This document shows, piece after piece, positions 1-8,593 of a stretch of DNA of 52,228 bases. The notes beneath the pieces were generated by a model, which was not told the origin of the DNA, ran no database searches, and saw only the letters and a list, made by a program, of their open reading frames with translations. The DNA comes from Actinomycetota bacterium. GTDB lineage: Bacteria > Actinomycetota > Actinomycetes > S36-B12 > UBA5976. A program made the translations under genes and the position numbers. How positions within the stretch are numbered: the first letter of the stretch is position 1; every line of letters begins with the position of its first letter. The stretch lies in the NCBI GenBank assembly GCA_005789325.1, contig SXYE01000052.1, positions 1-52,228 on the forward strand. Direction: 5' to 3'.

Positions 1-143
1 AGGGCAATTCTGTTTTCGCGAGCAGGTCCGCGTTCACCTTCAGGGTGAAAGAAGATCTCAGGATCTTCTCCACGGCATGCTCCTTTTAGCTGCCAGTCCC
101 ACAAATCAGCATTTGGGCCTGGAAGACGGGTTACATCAGCCAT
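1..143 (-). CDS. whiB3: WhiB-family Fe-S transcription factor, WhiB3/WhiD-like (first 47 codons only; gene runs off the left edge)
   Basis: Not in the ORF track because there is no stop in the window. Reverse translation from the ATG at 143 gives MADVTRLPGPNADLWDWQLKGACRGEDPEIFFHPEGERGPARENRIA. This matches the LPGPNAD-W-WQL-G-CRG and FFHP-GERG signatures remembered for WhiB3/WhiD. An AGGA lies about 5 nt upstream. Confidence 0.8.
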   Translation of the reverse strand, partial: MADVTRLPGPNADLWDWQLKGACRGEDPEIFFHPEGERGPARENRIA

Positions 144-289
144 GTTTTTCCTTTTGTTAGGTCGAACAAATTCAACTATAGAATATTGTTCATAACTTAG
201 TCAATCATATCCTATGACCAATCTTGTGAACTTGGTCTCAAGGGGTTTATAAGTGGCCAAACTTGTTCAAGAGGTAGACAATAGGGGCT

Positions 290-1282
290 ATGGCTATAGA
301 AGATGGTGAGAAAATCCACCTAGGACTAACCGTTGCCGTTGTGGCAAGGCGAGTAGGCGTGGCACCAGCAACCCTTCGAACCTGGGAACGTCGCTACGGT
401 CTTTGTCCCAGTGATCGATCCACTGGTGGGCATAGGCGTTATTGCATCACCGATGTGGCCCGATTAGAACTGATGCGAAGACTGGTTTTGGCAGGAATGC
501 CTGCCGGCCAAGCTGCTCGAGAAGCAATGCAATCAAAAATTATTGACGTTGAAGATATTTCTTTAATGGATCCAAACTCTTTAGGTAACAGAGTTGATTC
601 CTTTGTGCAAGATTTTTCACCCGATACAAAATTCTCACACCCTGGTGGTGGATCCGTTCTGCCAATGCAAGGAGCTCCTGCAATTGCCAGGGGTTTAGCA
701 AAAGCTGCTTACTCACTTGATGCAGTTGCCTGCACGCAACTAATTCAAAACAGTATTAATGCTCGCGGTGTGATCTGGACTTGGGAAAAATTGTTAACAC
801 CAGTCTTGATTGCAATAGGAAAGAAATGGGAATTAACAGGTGAAGGAATTGAGTCAGAACATATTTTAAGTGAATGCATAATCGGCCAAATGAAACAAAG
901 AGCAGACCAATTAACCAATCCCGTAAATATTCGCCCAGTTTTGCTTTCTTCAGCTCCAGAAGATCTGCATACCATTCCCCAATTTGTGGCAGCAGCAGCT
1001 TTAGCTGAAAGAAGAATTGCCAGTCGAACTCTGGGGCCAAGAGTTCCGCATGCTTCTTTATTGAGTGCCATCAAAAAATTAGCACCAGCTGCAGTTTTAA
1101 TTTGGGGACAGTTGGAAGTAAAAGCCATTCCAGCAGAATTTGAAAACATTATTAATGCTCGACCAGAGCCCCTAATTATGGTGGCAGGACCAGGTTGGCC
1201 TGAAAAGCTACCTAAAGGATTTAAACGAGCTGGGGATTTGACTTCCACGATTACAGCAATCAGCAATGCTGTTGGGCAATAG
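290..1282 (+). CDS. MerR-family transcriptional regulator with a C-terminal cobalamin(B12)-binding-like domain (CarH/LitR-like architecture)
   Basis: N-terminal MerR helix-turn-helix LTVAVVARRVGVAPATLRTWERRYGL. The C-terminal part, VLLSSAPEDLHTIPQFVAAAALAERRIASRTLGPRVPHASLLSAIKKLAPAAVLIWGQ, resembles a Rossmann-type B12-binding domain with a D-x-H-x-x-(G->P) motif. Confidence 0.75.
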   Translation: MAIEDGEKIHLGLTVAVVARRVGVAPATLRTWERRYGLCPSDRSTGGHRRYCITDVARLELMRRLVLAGMPAGQAAREAMQSKIIDVEDISLMDPNSLGNRVDSFVQDFSPDTKFSHPGGGSVLPMQGAPAIARGLAKAAYSLDAVACTQLIQNSINARGVIWTWEKLLTPVLIAIGKKWELTGEGIESEHILSECIIGQMKQRADQLTNPVNIRPVLLSSAPEDLHTIPQFVAAAALAERRIASRTLGPRVPHASLLSAIKKLAPAAVLIWGQLEVKAIPAEFENIINARPEPLIMVAGPGWPEKLPKGFKRAGDLTSTITAISNAVGQ

Positions 1283-1328
1283 ATAATTCTTGAGGAAACT
1301 TTTTTAGATTCAATTTCGTCACACCCTT

Positions 1329-1916
1329 GTGACAAAGGTGCTGGTTTTAGATCAAGATCTTGATTCGATAAAGAAAATAACTCAATTTGTTTCCCAAAGT
1401 AAAGTAATTAAAAAGATCTTGAGCGCAACAGATATTTTAAGTGCTGAGAAAATACTTGAAAAAGACCTTCCTGAATTGGTGTTTTTGACTCCAAGTTTTT
1501 ATAAACTTTTTTTAAAACCAAACTTGGTAGTCAATAAAGATTTTGTGCTGCTGGTGGATCAAAAAAGACCTAATGAATTAAATGCTGAAGCAGTTAAGCG
1601 ATGTAGTGCCATTATGGCCCAAAATGCTTCCTTTCTGGAATTCGCAATTTTGATCAATTCTTTAAAGATAAGAAAAATACGCGGGGATCAGTCAAAAATG
1701 CGAACAGTTAGAGGAAAGATTCCAAAGTTAACGAAAAGGGAATTAGAAATTGTTCAATTTCTGTGCCAGGGAAGAAGTGATGCCTGGATTTCAAAAAATC
1801 TTCACATTGCAAACCCAACTGTAAAAACACATCTAAGAAGAATTTTTTCAAAAATGAAAGTCTCCAACAGAGCTCACTGTGTAGCCCAGGTGATTAGAGT
1901 AAGGATTCTGAGTTGA
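1329..1916 (+). CDS. LuxR/FixJ (NarL)-family DNA-binding regulator with a degenerate receiver domain (BldM-like orphan regulator)
   Basis: GTG start. C-terminal LuxR HTH LTKRELEIVQFLCQGRSDAWISKNLHIANPTVKTHLRRIFSKMKVSNRAHCV. The N-terminus has a receiver-like beta-alpha pattern (KVLVLDQD ... ELVFLTPSF), but Thr sits at the position-54 phospho-acceptor site. Confidence 0.8.
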   Translation: MTKVLVLDQDLDSIKKITQFVSQSKVIKKILSATDILSAEKILEKDLPELVFLTPSFYKLFLKPNLVVNKDFVLLVDQKRPNELNAEAVKRCSAIMAQNASFLEFAILINSLKIRKIRGDQSKMRTVRGKIPKLTKRELEIVQFLCQGRSDAWISKNLHIANPTVKTHLRRIFSKMKVSNRAHCVAQVIRVRILS

Positions 1917-2020
1917 TGCCGTAAACCAGATCGAGGCTGGGCTTGAGGAAAGAGACATCCACACCTTGAATAAATGATGCTGAGCGCTGGGATTTATCAA
2001 TAAGGATAGGGTTAGGGATT

Positions 2021-3139
2021 GTGACTGAAGTCGAAATTGGTGGCACCAAGCGTGGTCGAAGCGCATACTCATTCGACGATATTGCGCTAGTTCCAACTAG
2101 AAGAACTAGAAATACTGAAGATGTTTCCACAAACTGGAAAATAGACGCCTACGATTTTTCATTTCCAATAATTGCAGCACCAATGGATTCAGTTGTTTCA
2201 CCAGAAGTTGCCATTGCTTATGGCAAACTTGGTGGTTTAGCTGTCCTAGATTTAGAAGGTCTATGGACCAGATATGAAGATCCAAGTGCTGAGTTCAAGA
2301 AAATTGCTGGTGCAAAAGTAGAAAATGCCGTTGAAGTGTTGCAAAAGATTTACGCAGCACCAATTAAACCAGAATTGATCAAAGCAAGAATTAAAGAAAT
2401 AAAATCATCGGGTGTCATTGCCGCAGCTGCTCTTTCACCTAATTCGGTTGTGAAACATTCCAAAGCAGTAGTTGAAGCTGGTATTGATATTTTTGTTATT
2501 CGTGGCACAACAGTAAGCGCGGAACATGTTTCAACAAATCAAGAAACATTAAATTTAAAAGAATTTATTTACCAACTCGATGTGCCAGTAATTGTTGGAG
2601 GATGCGCTTCGCATCAAGCAGCTTTGCATTTAATGAGAACAGGTGCAGCTGGAGTTTTAGTTGGATTCGGTGGAGGAGCGGCTCACACCACATCAGATGT
2701 TTTAGGAGTAAGAGTGCCAATGGCAACTGCTGTTGCAGATGTAGCAGCGGCAAGAAGAGAATATTTAGATGAATCAGGTGGACGATATGTCCACGTAATT
2801 GCTGATGGTTCAGTTGGAAAAAGTGGTGACATCAGTAAAGCAATTGCCATGGGTGCAGATGCTGTGATGATTGGATCAACTTTGGCCAGATCAACAACTG
2901 CACCAGGTGCAGGAAAGCATTGGGGATCAGAAGCAGTCCATAAAGATTTACCAAGAGGACAAGTTGTAGAACTTGGAGTCAGTGGAACTTTGGAACAAAT
3001 ATTATTTGGTCCTTCCACAAATGCTCAAGGATCTCTTAACTTGGTGGGTGCGCTAAAGAAAGCAATGGCAACTACTGGCTACAGCGATCTTAAAGAATTA
3101 CAAAGAATAGAAGTTGTTGTTAATTCTTTAAAGAATTAG
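2021..3139 (+). CDS. guaB3: GuaB3-family IMP dehydrogenase-related protein (no CBS pair, no catalytic Cys loop)
   Basis: 372 aa TIM-barrel IMPDH-like sequence (IIAAPMDSVV, GGGAAHTTSDVLGVRVPMATAVADVAAARREYLDESGGRYVHVIADGSVGKSGDISKAIAMGADAVMIGS). It lacks the GSICTT catalytic loop of true GuaB. GTG start. Confidence 0.8.
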   Translation: MTEVEIGGTKRGRSAYSFDDIALVPTRRTRNTEDVSTNWKIDAYDFSFPIIAAPMDSVVSPEVAIAYGKLGGLAVLDLEGLWTRYEDPSAEFKKIAGAKVENAVEVLQKIYAAPIKPELIKARIKEIKSSGVIAAAALSPNSVVKHSKAVVEAGIDIFVIRGTTVSAEHVSTNQETLNLKEFIYQLDVPVIVGGCASHQAALHLMRTGAAGVLVGFGGGAAHTTSDVLGVRVPMATAVADVAAARREYLDESGGRYVHVIADGSVGKSGDISKAIAMGADAVMIGSTLARSTTAPGAGKHWGSEAVHKDLPRGQVVELGVSGTLEQILFGPSTNAQGSLNLVGALKKAMATTGYSDLKELQRIEVVVNSLKN

Positions 3140-3188
3140 CTAGATAAAAGTCAAGCACTTTTGTACCAAAATAAATTAAATTTATAGT

Positions 3189-3548
3189 ATGCTTTTAAGT
3201 ATGGATATTTTATATAAATCGTTTGTATTACTACACTTTATTGGTTTAGCTGCTCTTTTTGGTGGTTTCTTTGTGCAAATGAAATCAACCACAAAAGTAG
3301 TAAACCCAGCAATGTTCCACGGAGCATTGACTCAATTGGTAACCGGAATTGTTTTGGTTGGATTAGCCGAAACTGGAGCCGGTGACGAAGAACTAAACAT
3401 GACCAAAATTTCAATTAAATTATTGGTTGTTTTAGTGATAACTGTCTTGGTATTTATGAACCGAAAGAATTCTTTTGTTCCAACCAGACTTTGGGCAACA
3501 ATTGGTTTATTGACACTGGCAAATATGGCAGTGGCGGTTTATCTCTAA
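3189..3548 (+). CDS. small integral membrane protein (about 4 TM), function unknown
   Basis: 119-aa ORF with alternating hydrophobic helices (FVLLHFIGLAALFGGFFV, LTQLVTGIVLVGLA, LLVVLVITVLVF, IGLLTLANMAVAVYL). No recognisable motif. Confidence 0.5.
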   Translation: MLLSMDILYKSFVLLHFIGLAALFGGFFVQMKSTTKVVNPAMFHGALTQLVTGIVLVGLAETGAGDEELNMTKISIKLLVVLVITVLVFMNRKNSFVPTRLWATIGLLTLANMAVAVYL

Positions 3549-4282
3549 GCGTTAACCTCAAAAAACATTTCAGCGAACCTGCCTTCGGGCAGGTTCGCTG
3601 CTTTTGAAGCCAAAGTCATCCAGGTAGTTACTCTTTCTCTTAAATCAAGTACATGAGCTGTTTGAGATTTATGTGATGCTAAAGCTTGAAATTTTAGTTC
3701 GATATTTTCTGTAACATCTAAAAATCTTGTTGGAGAAGGATGTGACATGATCCAAATTTTTTGCACATTCCAAGGTTCTAAACCTTCTTTTAATAAGTGT
3801 GGGAAAGCAAATTGATTTCTGGCATCTGGGTAAACAGCTTGAACGGCCACTTCGCCCACAGCCATGTGATCTGGGTGAGAAGCTGGCATTCTTTCCCAAT
3901 TCCTATCAGGAGATTGGGTTATCAAAATGTCAGGTTTTGTCATTCGAATAATTCTCACAAATTCTTCTCTTAATGAAAGACTTGGCACAATTGAACCATC
4001 ATCTTTTCCTAAGTAATGAATGTTGTTTACACCAAGAATTTTTCCGGCCGCACTTTGTTCTATGCGTCTGATCTTGCGCATTTCATCTCTACTAATTGAT
4101 GCATCTTCGCCACCCTGGTGACCATCAGTTGTTATGCAATATGTAACTTCCACACCAAGTTTTGTCAAAGTTGCAATAGTTCCACCAGCACCAAAATCAA
4201 CATCGTCTGGATGTGCTGTGATTACTAAAACTTTTGATCCAGATTTAGGTAGTTCCAGAGGTGTTAGAACAGGTGAACTCAT
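3545..4282 (-). CDS. PIG-L/LmbE-family N-acetylglucosaminyl deacetylase
   Basis: AHPDDVDFGAGGT zinc-binding motif plus later HPDH. The ORF is open back to a TTG at 4306. I prefer the ATG at 4282 (MSSPVLTPLE...), because the TTG would share its last base with the divergent pcrA ATG. Confidence 0.8.
   Translation of the reverse strand: MSSPVLTPLELPKSGSKVLVITAHPDDVDFGAGGTIATLTKLGVEVTYCITTDGHQGGEDASISRDEMRKIRRIEQSAAGKILGVNNIHYLGKDDGSIVPSLSLREEFVRIIRMTKPDILITQSPDRNWERMPASHPDHMAVGEVAVQAVYPDARNQFAFPHLLKEGLEPWNVQKIWIMSHPSPTRFLDVTENIELKFQALASHKSQTAHVLDLRERVTTWMTLASKAANLPEGRFAEMFFEVNA
3571..3606. terminator. strong hairpin (13-bp perfect stem, TTCG loop) followed by a T-run; candidate intrinsic terminator embedded in the 3' end of the minus-strand PIG-L CDS
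   Basis: CAGCGAACCTGCC(3571-3583)-TTCG-GGCAGGTTCGCTG(3588-3600), then CTTTTG on the plus strand. On the minus strand the stem is followed by AAATG-TTTTTT. It lies 23 nt downstream of the plus-strand stop at 3548. Confidence 0.55.
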
Positions 4283-4305
4283 AGGTAACAACTTAGACTT
4301 AAGCA

Positions 4306-6525
4306 ATGTCTGTTAATCACTCGGCTTTGGAAGATTTAAATCCCCAGCAAAGAGCTGCTGTCACCCACGAAAGCTCACCACTTCTAATTGTTGCAGGGGC
4401 TGGTTCAGGAAAAACACGAGTACTTACTCGACGTATTGCTTATTTGATGAGTGATCGAGGAGTTGCTCCTCAAGAAATATTGGCTATTACTTTCACCAAT
4501 AAAGCTGCAGGAGAAATGAAAGAACGAGTTGCTGACTTAGTGGGAGCAGCTGCGCGCATGATGTGGGTTTCAACTTTTCACTCTGCTTGTGTGCGAATTC
4601 TTAGGGGAGAAGCAACACGATTAGGCAGAACCTCAACTTTTTCAATTTATGATTCAGCAGACTCATTGAGATTAATAACAATGGTGGCAGCAAGTTTAGA
4701 TATTAATTACAAGGCCTTAAGCCCAAGATCTATTGCTAATCAAATATCAACATTAAAAAGTGAATTAATTGACCATGAAACTTACATGAGTAAAGCAGAA
4801 ACTGAGCAAGAAAAACTTGTTGCACAAGTTTATGGTGATTATGATCGAAGACTAGCAAGAGCAAACGCATTTGATTTCGATGATCTAATTGGTGCAACAG
4901 TTGCAGTTTTGCAATTATTTCCTGAAGTGAAACAAAAATATCGAAGACGCTTTAAACATATTTTGGTTGATGAGTATCAAGACACAAATCATGCTCAATA
5001 CATGTTGATTAAAGAACTTGTAGGAAACACTAAAGATGGATTACCTCCAGGAGAGCTTTGTGTGGTGGGTGATGCTGATCAATCTATTTATGCATTTCGT
5101 GGAGCAACGATAAGAAATATTGAAGAATTTGAAAGAGATTATCCAGATGCAAAAACAATTTTACTTGAACAAAACTATCGTTCAACACAAAACATTTTGA
5201 CTGCAGCAAACGCAGTTATATCTCAAAACGCTGAAAGAAGAGAAAAGAAACTTTGGACAGATGCTGGCAGTGGTGAACCAATTGTTGGTTACGTTGCTGA
5301 CAATGAGCATGACGAAGCATCCTATGTTGCTTTAGAAATAGAAAGATTAAGAGAAGAAAATGAATACAAGTATGGACAAATTGCTGTGTTTTATAGAACC
5401 AACAACCAGTCACGTGCTTTAGAAGAAGTATTTATAAGAATTGGTGTTCCTTATCGAGTTGTGGGTGGCTTGAAATTTTATGAAAGAAAAGAAGTCAAAG
5501 ATATTTTGGCTTACTTAAGAGCCATCATTAATCTTGATGATGAACTTTCTTTGCGAAGAATTATCAATGTCCCTAAACGAGGAATTGGGGATAAAGCAGA
5601 AGATGTGATCGATAATTTTGCCAGAAAAAATAAGTTAAGTTATGGACAAGCTATTCAACAGGCTGCCAATATAACTGAATTAAGTGCTAAGGCCAGCTCC
5701 TCTTTAATCGAGTTTGCTGAAATGATGCAAAGTTTTAGGGACATGTTCTTAGCTGATACAAAGCCTTCAGAAATTGTTCATGCAGTGTTAGAAAAAACTG
5801 GTTATCTTGAAATTCTTTTTAACTCAGATGATGCCCAAGACCAAGGACGTGTTGAGAACTTAACTGAACTTGAATCTGTGGCACGAGAATACGAAGCAAG
5901 TCATAGTGCTGGTGAAAACGGTTTAGCGCAATTCTTAGAACACGTTTCCTTAGTGGCTGATTCAGATGATGTGCCAGGAAATGATGAAGGACTTATTACC
6001 TTAATGACCCTGCACACTGCAAAAGGTTTGGAATTTCCAATTACATTCCTAACTGGCATGGAAGAGGGAATTTTTCCTCATGCTAGATCACAAACAAATG
6101 ATAAAGAATTATCCGAAGAGCGAAGACTTGCCTATGTTGGAATTACTCGAGCAAGAGAAAGACTCTATGTCACAAGATCTGTCACCAGATCTGTTTGGGG
6201 AGCACCTTCTTATAACCCAAGTTCAAGATTCTTAGATGAAATTCCTGCATCCTTAATTAGTTGGCAAAGATTAGAACCAATGAATCAACCAGTTTCATCT
6301 GGTGGATTTGGTGCTGCTCCTGCCATGTCAAGAGCAAGTAAACCGAAAGAACCTAAGCAATATTTAATTCTTAATGTTGGCGATAAAGTCTTGCACGAAC
6401 GCTTTGGTCTAGGAAATGTTACTGAAACTGCCGGAAGCGGAGAAAGTGCTGAAGCTACTATCGATTTTGGTTCACATGGTGTGAAACGTTTACTACTTAG
6501 ATATGCCCCTGTTGAAAAACTTTAG
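4306..6525 (+). CDS. pcrA: ATP-dependent DNA helicase PcrA/UvrD1 (SF1)
   Basis: 739 aa. Walker A AGAGSGKTRVLTRR, motif II VDEYQDTN, QNYRST, TLHTAKGLEF, and YVGITRAR near the C-terminus. Confidence 0.95.
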   Translation: MSVNHSALEDLNPQQRAAVTHESSPLLIVAGAGSGKTRVLTRRIAYLMSDRGVAPQEILAITFTNKAAGEMKERVADLVGAAARMMWVSTFHSACVRILRGEATRLGRTSTFSIYDSADSLRLITMVAASLDINYKALSPRSIANQISTLKSELIDHETYMSKAETEQEKLVAQVYGDYDRRLARANAFDFDDLIGATVAVLQLFPEVKQKYRRRFKHILVDEYQDTNHAQYMLIKELVGNTKDGLPPGELCVVGDADQSIYAFRGATIRNIEEFERDYPDAKTILLEQNYRSTQNILTAANAVISQNAERREKKLWTDAGSGEPIVGYVADNEHDEASYVALEIERLREENEYKYGQIAVFYRTNNQSRALEEVFIRIGVPYRVVGGLKFYERKEVKDILAYLRAIINLDDELSLRRIINVPKRGIGDKAEDVIDNFARKNKLSYGQAIQQAANITELSAKASSSLIEFAEMMQSFRDMFLADTKPSEIVHAVLEKTGYLEILFNSDDAQDQGRVENLTELESVAREYEASHSAGENGLAQFLEHVSLVADSDDVPGNDEGLITLMTLHTAKGLEFPITFLTGMEEGIFPHARSQTNDKELSEERRLAYVGITRARERLYVTRSVTRSVWGAPSYNPSSRFLDEIPASLISWQRLEPMNQPVSSGGFGAAPAMSRASKPKEPKQYLILNVGDKVLHERFGLGNVTETAGSGESAEATIDFGSHGVKRLLLRYAPVEKL

Positions 6526-7284
6526 TTAATCATTTCCCCAAAGCCATATACCAGGATTTTTATAATTTCCGTTCACTAACGTTTCAAAATGTAAATGGGC
6601 TCCAAATGCTTTTCCAGATGCACCAATGTTTCCAATTCTTTCTCCCACATCAACTTCTTGTCCAGCAACAACTCTTATTCGTGATAAGTGTGCATAACGT
6701 GTTACCACACCATCAAGATGTCTTACTTCAATTGTTCGACCATAAGCAGGTCTCCAACCAGTGAAAATTACTGTGCCAACTCTGGCTGCAAAAACTGAAT
6801 CTCCATAATTTCCGTTGAAATCAATACCAGTGTGCCAACCTAAATCCCAAATTCTTCCTCGTCGACCATAACCAACTGAGATTCTGGCTCGAGCAGGATT
6901 GACTGTGTATTTGGCTCTTAACGCTCTTCTTTCTGCAGCTTTCTTTTCTTTTTCAGCAGCAATTCGTGCTACTTCTTTGGCTGCTAAATCTGCTGCTTGA
7001 GCTTTAAACTTTTGAATTTTTTCTTCAGTGCCAGGTGCTCCTAATTTTGCAGCAGCTGGAGTTTCAACAATTGGCAAATCTGCTGCACCAATAACTTTAT
7101 TGGCAACAGAAACTTCTAAGGAAGCATCAGCGACAACAACAGGATCAGATGAGCCCGCAAAATTTGAAGGCAAAGTCATTGCAATAGTTAGTCCAATTGC
7201 AATCACCAGGATTGAACCTGAGATCCATCGATTATTTGGCGCTTTTAGTTTTAGCATCTTGTCCTTAACCTTGCCCGATGTCAC
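6526..7284 (-). CDS. M23-family (LytM-type) peptidoglycan endopeptidase with N-terminal TM anchor and coiled-coil linker
   Basis: HTGIDF (HxxxD) and GAHLHFE (HxH) metal-binding motifs. TM segment ISGSILVIAIGLTIAM. Same position as the M23 gene between uvrD1 and sucC in mycobacteria (from memory). Confidence 0.9.
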   Translation of the reverse strand: MTSGKVKDKMLKLKAPNNRWISGSILVIAIGLTIAMTLPSNFAGSSDPVVVADASLEVSVANKVIGAADLPIVETPAAAKLGAPGTEEKIQKFKAQAADLAAKEVARIAAEKEKKAAERRALRAKYTVNPARARISVGYGRRGRIWDLGWHTGIDFNGNYGDSVFAARVGTVIFTGWRPAYGRTIEVRHLDGVVTRYAHLSRIRVVAGQEVDVGERIGNIGASGKAFGAHLHFETLVNGNYKNPGIWLWGND

Positions 7285-7414
7285 TCCAGTAACACTAAGG
7301 TGGGTTAGTGATATTTGCCATTTGACTCAAAGTAAGAAGTTTTCACCTGAGACATTAGGCTTAGGAGGAAATGTTCAATAACGAGGACATTTATACAAGG
7401 AGTACATAAAGACT

Positions 7415-8593
7415 GTGGATCTCTATGAATACCAAGCAAAAGAACTTTTTGCTACCCACGGAGTTACCACTCAAGTTGGCAAAGTTGTTAGCACCCCAGA
7501 AGATGCCCAAAAAGCTGCAGCAGAATTTAATTGCGCTGTAGTTGTCAAAGCACAAGTAAAAACTGGTGGCCGAGGCAAAGCCGGTGGCGTTAAATTAGCG
7601 AATAATCCAAGTGAGGCTTTAGAAAAAGCAAAAAATATTTTAGGCCTTGATATCAAAGGTCATATTGTTAAAAAGATTTTGATCACACCAGCAGAAGATA
7701 TCAAGGAAGAATATTACGTTTCATTTTTGTTAGATAGAACAAATAGAACCTTTTTATCGATGGCAAGTGTTGCTGGCGGAATGGACATTGAGGAAGTAGC
7801 AGCAAAAACTCCTGAAAAATTAGCGATGATAAAGATTGATCCATTAACAGGTGTTGATAGCGCTAAAGCCTTAGAAATATCTATTGCCGCAGGAATTCCT
7901 TCAGAAGTACAAAAAGACGTAGCAGTTTTAATTGAAAAGATGTGGAAATTATTTGTTTCCTCAGATGCAACTTTGGTGGAAGTAAATCCTTTAGTAAGAA
8001 CTAATGATGATCGAATCGTTGCTCTAGATGGAAAAGTCACCCTAGATGAAAATGCAAACTTTAGACATCCTGAAAATGAAAATTTTGTTGATACCGCCAA
8101 TGTGGATCCATTAGAAACAGCGGCCAAAGCAAAAGATTTAAATTATGTGAAACTTGATGGCAGTGTTGGAATTATTGGTAACGGTGCCGGACTTGTAATG
8201 AGCACACTTGATGTCGTGGCTTATGCAGGTGAAAAATTTGGTGGGGTAAAACCTGCTAACTTCCTTGATATTGGTGGTGGTGCTTCAGCCCAAGTAATGG
8301 CTGATGGTTTGGGAATTATTTTGTCTGATCCTTCAGTTAAATCAGTTTTTGTAAACGTATTTGGTGGAATCACAGCTTGTGATGCTGTAGCAAATGGAAT
8401 TGTGCAAGCAATTGAAATGTTGAAATCTGGTTCTAACTATGCACAAAGACCAATCGTGGTTCGACTAGATGGAAATAATGCGCAAGAAGGTTTAAGAATT
8501 TTAAGAGAAGCTAAACCAGATAACATTGAAATTGTTGACACCATGGATAACGCTGCAGCAAGAGCAGCAGAGTTAGCTGCAGGAGTTAAATAA
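7415..8593 (+). CDS. sucC: succinate--CoA ligase (ADP-forming) beta subunit
   Basis: GTG start, [12 protein letters not shown]..., ATP-grasp N-terminus, 392 aa. AAGGAG lies upstream. TAATG overlap with sucD. Confidence 0.97.
   Translation: MDLYEYQAKELFATHGVTTQVGKVVSTPEDAQKAAAEFNCAVVVKAQVKTGGRGKAGGVKLANNPSEALEKAKNILGLDIKGHIVKKILITPAEDIKEEYYVSFLLDRTNRTFLSMASVAGGMDIEEVAAKTPEKLAMIKIDPLTGVDSAKALEISIAAGIPSEVQKDVAVLIEKMWKLFVSSDATLVEVNPLVRTNDDRIVALDGKVTLDENANFRHPENENFVDTANVDPLETAAKAKDLNYVKLDGSVGIIGNGAGLVMSTLDVVAYAGEKFGGVKPANFLDIGGGASAQVMADGLGIILSDPSVKSVFVNVFGGITACDAVANGIVQAIEMLKSGSNYAQRPIVVRLDGNNAQEGLRILREAKPDNIEIVDTMDNAAARAAELAAGVK

Noticed and set aside
216-237. Inverted repeat GACCAA-N10-TTGGTC between whiB3 and the MerR gene, as a possible MerR operator
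   Set aside because: The arms are only 6 bp. This is roughly what chance would give in a 146-nt A+T-rich gap, and I could not place -35/-10 hexamers with the 19-bp MerR spacing around it.
745-1335. 196-aa antisense ORF (plus a 94-aa one at 756-1040) opposite the MerR-family gene
   Set aside because: It lies entirely within or opposite a gene with clear MerR and B12-like motifs. Its sequence is low-complexity with no motif, start context or RBS. This is a typical shadow ORF.
7285-7414. Cyclic-di-AMP (ydaO-type) riboswitch upstream of the M23 cell-wall hydrolase gene
   Set aside because: I read the minus-strand leader and saw no ACGGGG/CCCG-type conserved helices. The region must also hold the sucC promoter and RBS.
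7714-8127. Long antisense or alternate-frame ORFs inside well-supported genes. Examples: 7714-8127 in sucC, 2683-3018 in guaB3, 11828-12178 in purH, 19041-19376 in sdhA, 44800-45198 and 44071-44406 in mtrB, 7028-7381 in the M23 gene, and 12401-12592 and 13330-13524 in membrane genes
   Set aside because: Each overlaps a CDS whose product carries unambiguous conserved motifs. None has recognisable motifs of its own. I treated all of them as frame shadows.
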